Shown here piece by piece: positions 48,345 to 60,402 of a stretch of 64,000 nucleotides of DNA (positions are counted from its first letter, which is position 1; each line of letters starts with the position of its first letter). The notes under the pieces were generated by a model, which ran no database searches, was not told where the DNA came from, and was given only the letters and a program-made list of their open reading frames with translations. A program made the position numbers and the translations under genes. This DNA is from the human T2T-CHM13v2.0 reference genome, Homo sapiens, in assembly GCF_009914755.1 (NCBI RefSeq), contig NC_060928.1; one strand, 5' to 3'.

Positions 48345-51300
48345 CTATACTTTAGAAACCAAAACCACCAGGACTCCAGAGCCCTGAATAAATTTGGGGT
48401 GGGGGGATTAGTTCTGTCTCTGAAAATTTCCTTCAGAAAACAGTGGTGAGAGAGACATAATGTCTGCTGCCTGGGAACAACTGTTTCTTTCAATTCAGCT
48501 GAAGACTCTGGAGGGACAACACTCATCTTTATAACTGTGTCAATGAGGCAAACACTAAAATCTGCCTCATTCTGCCCTGTATGCTGATAGTATCTGGGAA
48601 GAAAGTGGCTGATGCAATCCTGATGATGGAACTAACATGGAGACTCATTATCTGTTATAGGAAGGCTTTCCCCTCTACTTCCACTCCACCTAGGGCTAAA
48701 GAGAAGACTGCAGAGGAAGATCAGATTCTGAATTATCTGCATGTGTGTGGAATGACAAGCAGTAGATTGGAAAATAGTTTAAATTTGAGAGAAAAGCCCA
48801 TAAAGCCAGTATGAACATAAACGAATTTGGGAAACAGTACCAAACTGTATTTAGAAATAATAATCAGTATTTATCTGGAGCGTCTATCTTCTAATGGAGT
48901 AAAATAGAGAATTTCCTGAGGCCGGGAGATTGTAATCATCTGAGAAACGAGGAGTGACACTTGGGTTTAATTGGAAAGAATGATACACAGAATGGCCCAC
49001 CTATTCCTATCCAGGGATAGAAGCATTATCATGGAAATTATATTCTGAGGTCAGTAAGCAAAATGACAAGAAGATGGTCTGTGCCAATAGTTTAAATGCC
49101 AAGAGGCACCAGGCCAAGAAGGTGCACAGACATAAATCCGGCAGTGGCACTGATGTAATTATGGGCTTAGACCAATTCTCAAACATGCCAGAAGCTGAAC
49201 CACAGTCCTTATGGGAAAAGAGAGAGTATGAAGGTAGTTAGAAGAAAAAAGCTGAGGAAAGATATGTGACTTAAGAAAAAAAAAAAAAAAAACCTTAAAA
49301 CTGGAAATAAAACTCAGTGTCTGCGTAGGGACCTCATGGTCTTGAAACATGCATAAAACAGAACCGAGGGAGGAAGGGGCCACACACATCTTTATAAGCT
49401 CAGTTTCAGAGCTGAGCCGCACGTGCACGGCAGGGTGTGATTCCCTTCTAGGGACCTGGTGCCTGGAGAAGCCCAGAGGTCCATGTGACTTGTGAGCATC
49501 CAGAACAAGGATTTCGGGAGGGAATTTCACAAGCACAGAACATATTTTTTCTCCCTTGACTCTGCTTTCTAGTTTTTTCTCTCCCTCTGCTATTGTTTAA
49601 TTTTGTGGTTCGACTTTTTGAAGAATGGTGGGAGGTACTGTGTTAAGCAATGCTTTAAGAATGAGGCTCAGCTGCAATCACTGCAATATGAAAATTGGCC
49701 TCCCACATCTTTCCAACCAAACTGTGATTTGACTTAGAAAGAAAGATACATGAAGGAGAGCAGGTATCAAGTGTTACTCATCTTTTATGTGTCGCACTGC
49801 GCCCAGCACACACAAAGTAGGCACATAACAGATGACTCTAGGGAACTGGCCATTTTATCTTAATACTTCTGTATTCTGTTTCATGTTGTTTCCAACTAGG
49901 AGCCAGCAATCATAACACTTGTGCTTTTGAGCAATCTTTTGTTGATCCTTATGATCCCATTAGTTAAAGTGATTAAGTGACCAAATCTGCCACATTATTC
50001 TGATGAAAAGTGTCAAAGTTGAACATTAGTCACACTTAGTCAAGACATTTGCAAGGAATCCAGCAAAATCACTGTAAAAGTAAATTTTAAAAAGCATGAG
50101 AATACCAAAGTAAAAATGAGTCAAAATAATTTCCAGTCTCTTTATGATTAAGCAAAGAGCCGGATGACTAATATTAAACATCTGTACAATATATTGTCCA
50201 AGAACTTTATAGTAATATTATTTGTTAATACATACCACAGAAAAGAAAAAGAAATTATATGACTAAAATAATTAGACTCCTGGGAAAGATAAGCAACTCT
50301 TAATTCTCTGAATATGGTATAATTTTATAGGCTAAAATGATGCTTATAAAGGATATTGAGAATAGTTTAAATTATATTTCAGAAAGTATGTCTCAACTGA
50401 AATTTAGGAAATGTCTATAAGGTATAGCTTATAATTCATAAATAATACCATATACAAAATATTTAAGTGAATAAACCCAGACAAAAGAGGTATAAAAAGC
50501 ATAACTTTATTAGTAAATGTCTTTTTAAAGAAAACGATAAAAGCACATAGAATAGTTTTAAAGATAATACCAAAAGCACAGATACTGAGAAATCTTTCAG
50601 AATCTCTGCTAACATTTTATGTCCCAGGAAGAGAAGGCAATTTGAGAAATTGCTACCCAGGATCTAGACTGATCAACTCCTAAGATTCAATAGTGAATGA
50701 CAAAGGGGAAATCCTTAGTTTTCATGGTGATCACAAAAGAGGAGACTGGGCATATTCATCATATTCATGAACCTACTTTAGGTCTTAGGAAGACGGAGTT
50801 TAAACAATTTATACGTAAATATGGGGAAGATTCCTTGACAAGAAACTCAGGAAGGACTGGAGCTATGTCGTTTACAAAAATGCCTTTCTATGAATTAGGC
50901 CTTGATAACTCAAAAGAGATTTTAATTTAGGATATAGGCAATTTTATAAATTAGAGGGCAAAGGAATGTATAGTCAATAAATACCTCTCAGAAAAATGCC
51001 CAGCTATTTGGAAAATGATTCAGTTTGCATCTTTCATCATGCTATTCCCCCAAAATAAGTCTTAGCAGCTGGATCAAAGATTTAAATATAGACAACAGGA
51101 CCTTTAAAGAAAGGACCTAGGTGGAAATGCAGGTAGATAATGAATTTTAAACAAAGATAATGGCAAGAAACCTGTCGATTCAAATGAGGAAAAATACTTG
51201 TTAATGATTGTTAGGACTCACTTTTTAAAACTAACAAATTCCATCCCAGTTTGTGAACCTCAAGTCTTGAGTGAACACATTAGTAAGTAACCTAACTTTT

Positions 51301-51394
51301 GTAAACTCTGGATTACTTTCATTGACGTTTATAAATCAAGAACTTAGATCAAGTCATTCTTTACTAAAATCTGACAATGATAAGGAGAACTTAC

Positions 51395-51567
51395 CGACAG
51401 CAAATGACAGCTTTGCATGACAAAGCTAAGTCCAGGAAATACTGTCGTACTCCAAAGGTTAAGGCATATTTGAGGGTTTTCCCATCAATTATAAGAGCAA
51501 AATCATTCTCTTTCCGGAGAGCATCACCAAGGGTAGTACAGTGACGACTGAGAGTTTCCCTTGTTCC
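51395..51567 (-). CDS. ATP8A1: ATP8A1 coding exon (173 nt), [10 protein letters not shown]...[11 protein letters not shown]-domain
   Basis: Acceptor ttccag|GGA and donor CG|gtaag; translation matches the ATP8A1 sequence I recall; phase-2 end joins the next exon to make Arg. Confidence 0.97.
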
Positions 51568-51871
51568 CTGGAATATTAAACAAGCAAAAATGCCATCAAC
51601 ATTTACTCCCATTTGTTCTACTAGGATGCCTTAAGGATATTTGGCAACTACATTTAGTTATTTTTAGTGCTTTTTATGTTTCAAATTGCTTTCACATACT
51701 TTCAGTCATTTGATTCTTACTAGCCCCTCAGGAGCCTGGACAATTGTTATCAGAAAAAGTTAGTTACTTGATTGAAGTCACACATCTGTTCCTAGCAGGG
51801 TTGGGACTAGACTATAAGTCACCTGTTTCTCAGGTGATTCTGTAGTCTTTGCTCATTATTCTAACCATCAT

Positions 51872-52439
51872 TGTTTGAAATGCTTGTTCCCCGGTGCTGT
51901 AAAGAAATAGCACTTGAACATAAATTTAATTTATTTAGTAAGGCCATTTTTACTTTTTGCAGAAAGGGTACACTCGCCAGCAGTTTTGCCACGAGAGTAC
52001 ACTGAACAAAGGAGACAGGGTCATTTATAACCTGACGCGTTCACCCCACCGCTGTGTCCGGTTTCCATTGGCTGGAATGGGACCTCACATTCTGTATTTG
52101 TCCCGATTGGCTAGCAACTTAGAACCTTTTAAAAGAGGCAAAGGTAAAGGAGAACAAAGGAAGGCGGAAGTAACTTGTGGAATGCTGAGAAAGGTAAAAA
52201 CACTTTTAAATAAGGAAGAGGAACAGGCTATGACCTAATCTTGCTTGGACCAGTATAAGCATGTCGGGGCAAATATTTAGGCTAAATTGTGGGAGCTAGG
52301 AACATAAAGTACATTGATTTCTTTATTATGGCTAGCACAGGTCTTTGAATAAATTTTGCTTTTAAGAGAAATTACTATTTATTCCTAATTAGACGGGGAG
52401 GAAAGTCTTTGAAGAGGAACCTCTACTTTACTTTTTACA
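51872..52439 (-). mobile_element. ERV1 solo LTR, LTR10C-like (HERV-I/HERVIP10 group), same orientation as ATP8A1
   Basis: Minus strand begins TGTAAAAAGTAAAGTAGAGGTTCCTCTTCAAAGAC and ends GCATTTCAAACA, as in the recalled LTR10C consensus; two CCAAT boxes and TATAAA; no clear TSD. Confidence 0.82.
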
Positions 52440-52557
52440 CGACCATGCAATCACAATACGGCAAACATATTTTCAGTAAATTCTTTTGTTAAAAATCGTG
52501 TTAATTTATGAGCTAGTCAAAGTTGCTACTCCATGAATGAAGGGAAGAAGTTGGGGA

Positions 52558-52880
52558 ATATATGCATCACTTAACTATGTTTTGGTCAACAGACTGAATA
52601 TCCCATGGTGGGCCCATAAGATTGTGAGACCATATTTTTACTGTGCCTTTTCTGTGTTTAGATATACAAATACCACTGTGTTACAACCGCCTACAGTATT
52701 CAGTACAATAACAGGCTATAAGGGCTTGTAGCCTAGGAGCAATAGGCTATCTTGTGTAGCCTGAGTCTGGAATAGGCTATGCCATCTAGGTTTGTGCAAG
52801 TACCCTCTATGATGTTCATACAATGACAAAATTGCCTAATGTCATGTTTCTCAGAATGTATCATTTCATTAAGCAAACTG
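52558..52880 (+). mobile_element. Tigger3a-like TcMar DNA transposon relic
   Basis: cccataagatt...gcctacagtattcagtaca...tagcctaggagcaataggcta...tttctcagaatgtatc matches the recalled consensus; ends approximate. Confidence 0.8.
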
Positions 52881-55800
52881 TAATTTAAATAATTTACAGG
52901 CATTCTTTCAAAAATCCTCAACGCTATTGAATTTAACTCCTAGTAACTAAGAGGAGGAAATGCACAATCTGTAAACTCTTGCCTCTTTTATGAACTGGCT
53001 TTTGTAATTTTAATCATGATTTCATGATGTTGTATTTAGTTGGGGATGGTGACCTGTGACTTGGTAATCTTGATGGATCAAATAAAAGAACGCCTTCTAT
53101 CAATGAAGAGTTCACTTTCAGGGACAATAAAAGCCTTTAGTGTCAAGACAGCTTTGTTCACCTCAACTATTTGTCTCCCTTTGTCAAGAACTGCTTTCCC
53201 AGCTCTTCAAAGGGATAAAGTTTCAATACATTTAGTTTTTCTCCCCACATCCTATAGATTCTTCCTATAACCTAATGGAGCCAATTTCCTATTTCACAAG
53301 AGCCCTACCGTGGTGAAGAAACACAACACTGGCCTGGCACAAGGAAATATAATGAGTAATTCCCCTCCTATCAGATTTCTGTTCTGAGTGCTAAGCCTAC
53401 AGTTATTTATAAAATAAATACAAATATACATATTTATATAATAAAATATACCTACAATAAAAATACAGTACACTTATATAACAATTTTTATTATGTTCAT
53501 GGGATTTACAATTATTGTTCCAATTTAAGCATGTCGTTTTATATATATATGGTCATTTTGTAGTTATTTCACAGAGAAGCAAAGGCATAGGTAATTAAAA
53601 TTTTATGTTGGGGATTTTTGAAAGTGTTTTTACATTTGTATGCAAATGCGGTTCACACTATGTTCTGGAATATCAGAATCCTTTTACCAAAATAATAGAA
53701 CCAAGTTGTACTATAAAGAAAGACTGCCCAACTTTCCTAATGCTGAAGCTTCACTTAACAGTTGCCCTGTTCCCCATTACACACAGTGACACAAAGGACC
53801 ACCATATAGCAGCATTCTTTGCAAAATTTTCTGTTCACACTTTACATCAGGGATGGGGGGAGAGTAGCTGTTTTAATTTACAAGCCTCACCCTCCTGTTT
53901 CCTGCTGGAAATTTTTGGCCCAAGAGGACTTAAAGAAGTGAAAAATGTTGGTAATAAATTCCACAAGCAAAATTTACTAATGACAATCTATAATAGATAT
54001 CCCCTGGATTATCTTAACAGCAAATTCATATAGATTAAATGAACAAATAAGTCAATGAACTGATACAAAATATTTAGCACATACTACACACTAAGCACAG
54101 TTCTGAGATGCAACACAGAGATGCAGCATTTAAGTTAACACTTGCTACCATCCTGAGCAGGAGGCACTACTGTTATCTCCATTCTGCAGATGAGAGTGTT
54201 TCAGTTCCTTGCTTAAAAATATGTGGCTATTAAGTAGTGACATCAAAGTGAGAATGAAATTTCTGCGGTAGCCTGTCTTTTTCTATGCAATCCAGCAAAA
54301 AAAAAAACAACAAACCAAACTTCAGACAGTACCAGGCGCAGCAAGTTAGAAATGGAATGCCCACACCAGTCCCTCTGTTGCTTCCCTTGAGCCCTCATCA
54401 TCTGTCTCTCATCTTGTCTTTACCGCCAACAGAGACATCTCTTTATAAAACAAATTTAAAACACAAATCTTGTCTCTTCTTGCTTTAAAAATTTTCTAGG
54501 GCTTTCTACAGCTGACACAATAAAGTCTAAACTCCTTAAAATGGCATGTAAGGCTTCCTACCTTCTGAGCCTAACTTTCCTTCCCAGTGCCCTTCACAAT
54601 CTTGGTTTCTTTTGTTTCCCTCTTCCTGGAATGTCCTCCTCTCCAGAGGATCATCTGCTGCCTTCAAAAACCAAGCTTACCCTGTAAGCCCTCCCAGGTT
54701 CAGTCCACGCTACCAAGTGTAACTCATTCTACTGCAGCAAAACCCTGAGTTTCTTGACAGGAAAGACCGCGTTAAACCTGTTTCCCAGCAACAAAGGCAG
54801 TGTCTGCAATTACAGATGCTCATGAAATACATATTTATTGAATGAGAGCATTGATAAATTCTGATTTCATCCCGTTGGCAATGCTCCATTTCCCCCTTTA
54901 TTATCACTTCTGATTAGAGAAAGAGAGAGAGTAAGAGAGAGACACACACAGAGAGAGGTCTTCTCTTTGCTCCCTAATTTTCCAGGGAACAAATAATCCA
55001 TTACTTTAACAGACTTTCAAACAAAGGCATTGCTCACTAAAAAGCCTCTGTATTTTCTTTTAAGCTATTGCCCAAGTGATTTCTGAGCTGAAAACCTGAA
55101 ATGAAACCTGAGACGGACCTCAGGAGGACTTCGAATTTCTTGAAAGCTCAGCTGCAAAACAAGACCGAAAGTCAAGTAAACCCCAGAACTGTGAAACGCC
55201 CTCATGAACCAACATAGGGTATGCAGTCCTGTGGTCCCCGCTCTCCCTCCTTTATAAGGCATTCTCTAACACCTTAAAATTTATTGAAAATTCTCTAAAT
55301 TCGTGACATCAGTATCCCTAGGTTTTGTTGGTGACTATCACAGATCTCTGGCAAATCAGAAGGTGTCAAGAGATGTGATAGAAATAACATTTCAGAAGGT
55401 GAGTCAAAAACTTCTCACAGTGAATTCACTCGTCAGCCCACCTAGGGTGCAAGGTAACAACAACAAAAAAAGCTGCAAACATTTTCTCATTTTAGTTTAT
55501 AGTTTTCTTTTGTAAGCTCTGTTGTTAGCTGTGTGCTGCCAGTTACAAGTTATATTTTATCCTTATTTACTGCCGGGAGTATTTTCAAATTCTTTTATTT
55601 ATGAAACTTTATTGCTTCTCCCCTAAGTCCAGGAGCCATACTTTATGGCTGCATTGCATTGAAGCTTATCTCCTGTAGCTAAGGATAAATTTATTACTAT
55701 ATTAGCTGTTGTTTTGTTTTTTTGGCTACTGAAGGGGGAAATTTTTAAATATTGAAACTTAGTGACTTGTAAAAGTGAAAATATAGCAATGAGAAGCTAA

Positions 55801-58259
55801 ATCAGAAAAAGGATCAAAGACCACAGGCTCAATGAAATAAAAGATCTCTATTTCCTTGTTCTGCATATTTTCACTCGTGGGCTGAAAGTCCAGGAGCATC
55901 AGAGACATTGCAAGGTAAAGGCAATCTGGGGAGATGGACAGGTAAGAGGAAAGGCTGGGGTTCAAACACTCAGCCAGGCAAGGGAGGGAGCCACAGTGGA
56001 AAGTGAGATTCTCGTGCCCCTTCCCTGACCTGCAGCCTGTGTGGTCATTCTGGACAACCATTCTGCTCTGCTCTTCCCATACCCACAGCACCACACAGAC
56101 AGAGCCCAGTGCTCACTGGAAGCCCTTAGCCTGAACCTCCTACTATGCTTTCTTGCCTTGCAAATTCACCATTTAGGCCACACCCAACACAACCTCTAGG
56201 TTCTGTCTCGTTAACACAGAAAGGAAAAAGCCACCTCACTGCGAGGGCAGGATCTACTCCAGCTCCCTCTTCTTATGTGGCTGCTCATCACTGCTGGTCT
56301 AGTCTTTTATCCATGTCTAGTGGATTCCATGTTTCCCAGAGGCTACTCCAGACCTTTTCTTCTCTCCTCAAGAGTCCAAATTTGGCCCCTGTCACTTCGG
56401 CAAACATCGGCCTGTTTTACTGAGAACATTTATACATTTATAGCAGAAAGAATTCCCTCAACTTTCCTTCCTTAACCTCAAAACTTCCCTTTACCTAATC
56501 CCCTCTAGTTCTTGAGCTGGGGTAACACCTGCCTTCTCACCTTTTGTTTCTTTCACTTCTCTTTGCATCTTCATTCTCCCCATTGGCACTATTTCCTTTT
56601 CCTTTAAGCCTACCTAAAAGGTCACAATTTTCTTATTCTAAAAATAATGAACAAATAAACCAAGACACATTCCCTTGACCCTACTTTCCCTGAGTCCTCC
56701 AGGTGACATCAATACCTCTATCTTTTGGATCCCTGAAATACTTCATTTACAGTATACTTATACAAGGTAGCATGATGTTGAGTAGCTTATCTATTTATAT
56801 GTCTATATTCCCTTTGGAACAGAGGTCTTTGATGAAAAGGTAATAACAGAATAACCAAATTATTAATGATTGGAGAATATCTTATAGGAAGTTAAAGTGG
56901 TTTTCTTGTGTGACCATTTTAAGGATTGTTGTCTGCTGCCTGTAAAACTCCTGTATACTCTTAAATACTCTGATTTAGAATAAAGAAAATGCTAATGTGC
57001 TTATCTCATAGAGAAAATGAAAAAGAGGTAGTCATGATCTAGTATCTACTTTGGCCTCAAATATTTTAAATTGTCTAGTGAATGTAATACAATGTATATT
57101 TAGATCAGCTACTTAGTCATCAACCTTGGTTGTAAAACAGTGGGCCAAGGAGAAATAATATTTATTTGGTTTACAAGAAACATGCTTGGGAAATAAAAAT
57201 AAAGAAACATGCTTGGCAGATAATGAGGCCAAGTAGAATTCCTCACTTTGAATCATTAAGATATAACCTTCCCAAACAGGTAATATGTTCATATAATAAA
57301 CTCTAATAAAATAATGTAACAGCAATCTTTGAGAAATTAGAGACTAGCAGCTTTATGGCAATCTTTTTCATTAATATTGAGGAAACCCTTGATAAAAACC
57401 CTTGATAAAAAAACAGGCCTATATCATAAACGTGCAGTCATAAAAAAGTGAGATGTGAGGGTGCCCTAGACAATGAAATCTGACACAGTTTCATAGTGAA
57501 ATAAATTAAAAGCCCTGATTTGTTTGGAAAGTATCATAGCATGCAAGTTGTCATTTTCATTTTGGCAAAACTCTGCTTGGAACAAGCTAACGAACCCACA
57601 GGCCAGATGTGCAAAGAACATGTGAGGCCACCTAAGGACTGTGTTTTTGATGGCCCCTAAAGTAATGCTGCAGAAAGCACCTGCATAAAAATGGTCCTTT
57701 TCAGCTTTCTAGCCGAGGTTTACAGGAAAGACAGTATTACTCAGGAACAAATCCAAGCAACACCCTAGTAGAGAATGTGGAAACATCCCTAAGGAAAGGA
57801 AAAGCATAGCCTCTAGAATTTGACTCCATGACTCGTTAGCCAGGGGTTCACAGAGCAGAGACGAGGTGAAAATTATGGGTAAATAGTCCGACATGAAGCA
57901 GCTAATGGTAGTGGCTTCCAGATCTTGCTCTGAGGCTGCAATTACTTATTTGTGGCTTCAGTAAATAACATGTGCTCTCTCATATATGTCCCAGAGGGTG
58001 TCTATCAGTAAGACTAACCCCAAACAAAAAAGTAAAAGGAAAAAGCCTGTCTATACTTATCTAAAGTATACTTTGGCATTTAGGTCCAAACAAAAACAAG
58101 TATCCAGCATCTATACTTATTCTTAGGAATCTGTTAAATGTGTGCAGGTCAAATGATAAACTTATGTTACAAGGAGGATTCTATTCCCAGAAAGGAAAAA
58201 AAAATCAAAATTCTGCATTATACTTTGAGTTTCAGATACATCATTTAATAATGTATTTC

Positions 58260-58609
58260 TATTATGGAATGAGGGTCTGTATCCCACCAAAATTCATATG
58301 TTGAAATCCTAACTCCTATTTTGATGGCGTTAAGAGGTAGGGTCTTTGGAAGTGATTAGGTCGTGAGGGTGGAGACCTCATGAATGGGATTAGGGTCCTT
58401 AAAGCATTTCTGGAGGGCTCCCTTCTTCTTCCATCATGCACAGACACAAGAAGACACTGTCTATGAACCAGGAAGAAGGCTCTCAAGAGACACCAAATCT
58501 GCTGCCACCTTGATCTTGAATTCCTTGGTCTCCAGAAATGTGGGAAACAGACTTGGTGTTTAAGCCCCACAGTCTATGGTACTTTTGTTAGCCTGAATGA
58601 ACTAAGACA
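58260..58609 (+). mobile_element. MLT1A/MLT1A0 solo LTR (ERVL-MaLR)
   Basis: ccaaaattcatatgttgaaatcctaac...ctcatgaatgggattag...aactaagaca; 5-bp TSD ATTTC on both sides. Confidence 0.85.
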
Positions 58610-59808
58610 ATTTCGTTATTCTTGGATTTGTTATTTTTCTTCATGAGTTCACCACCAGTTAAACAAATAAGCATATGATCGGAACTAACAACAAATCACT
58701 TTTGGAAGATATACAACTTTCACCTTTGTCAGAATGAACATAAGTTCAGGAAGCCTGTGCTTCCCTCTACAGTATCAGCAACACAAGTTTCTGTTTTTAC
58801 TTCCCTTCCTTAGAAAGGAAAAAATGCAACAGAATGTTATTAAAACACCTTCAGAAATCTTGCTGAACAAAGATGGTGACTCTACTGAAACGAGGTAACT
58901 GGAGGCAGAGCCACTGTGACACAACTCTTCATAGCTGGTCAGCAGACACATGCGAATTACCAGAGTGTAGAGAAAGCAGTGGTCTGCCTGTATCATACAA
59001 ACGTGCAGTCATAAAAAAGTGAGATGTGAGAAAGTCCAGGCTGGCCCGTGAGGGTGCATACAATGGCTCTGGACACTGATAACATTTGAAAATAAAATGA
59101 CGTCACACTGTAAAGAACTAAGTTCCAAAGGTCGAAACATACCCTATGGCTCAGAACTCCAGGTTTTCGTCAACTTCAGGTGGATGTACAGTATGGTAAA
59201 GATAAACTAATCAAACATTTTTCACCTTCTTGGAAAAGGGAAAATTAAATGTTATTTTGAAAAAAATTCCCTAATGAATGATAAAAGTTAAACAGGAAAT
59301 AATAAATAGTTTCAACCACTTACTTAAGACAGCAAGAACTCCAAAACCCTTTTGGATCTTGGGCAGCTACGTGAGCTTAGAGTTCTACAAAGGATTATAT
59401 CACACATATCAAAAAGTATTATGGGTAAATTCATTTCATGGCCTATCATAAACTCTTCGCCAGAGTTATGTATGTATTTCAATGTACCTCCTCATGATTT
59501 AATGTAATTTTTTTGGTTTGACTGACTCTAGAAGGCCAACTGTGTGGTATTGGAAAGGTTTCCTCCGAATCCTTGCTCTGCCGCGTACTGGCTGTCTTTC
59601 CTCAGGCAGGTGACTTAACTTCTCTGAATCACATTTTTCTCATTCATAAGATTGGGTTACTATCTATTTTGTAGAGAGATTATAGTGATAAGATGTGCTA
59701 ACTCCTTTATTTGTGAATAAAGTGCCCTGTCCAGTGCCTGGCATGAAGTGACATCCAGGAAAGGTTAGTTCTGCCCTTCCTCTGGTATCAGGTCTAACAA
59801 AGGTACTA

Positions 59809-60402
<594 letters not shown>

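Noticed and set aside
57178-57214. Two perfect p53 half-sites (AAACATGCTT)
   Set aside because: The 17-bp spacer is too long for a canonical p53 element; better explained as a local duplication
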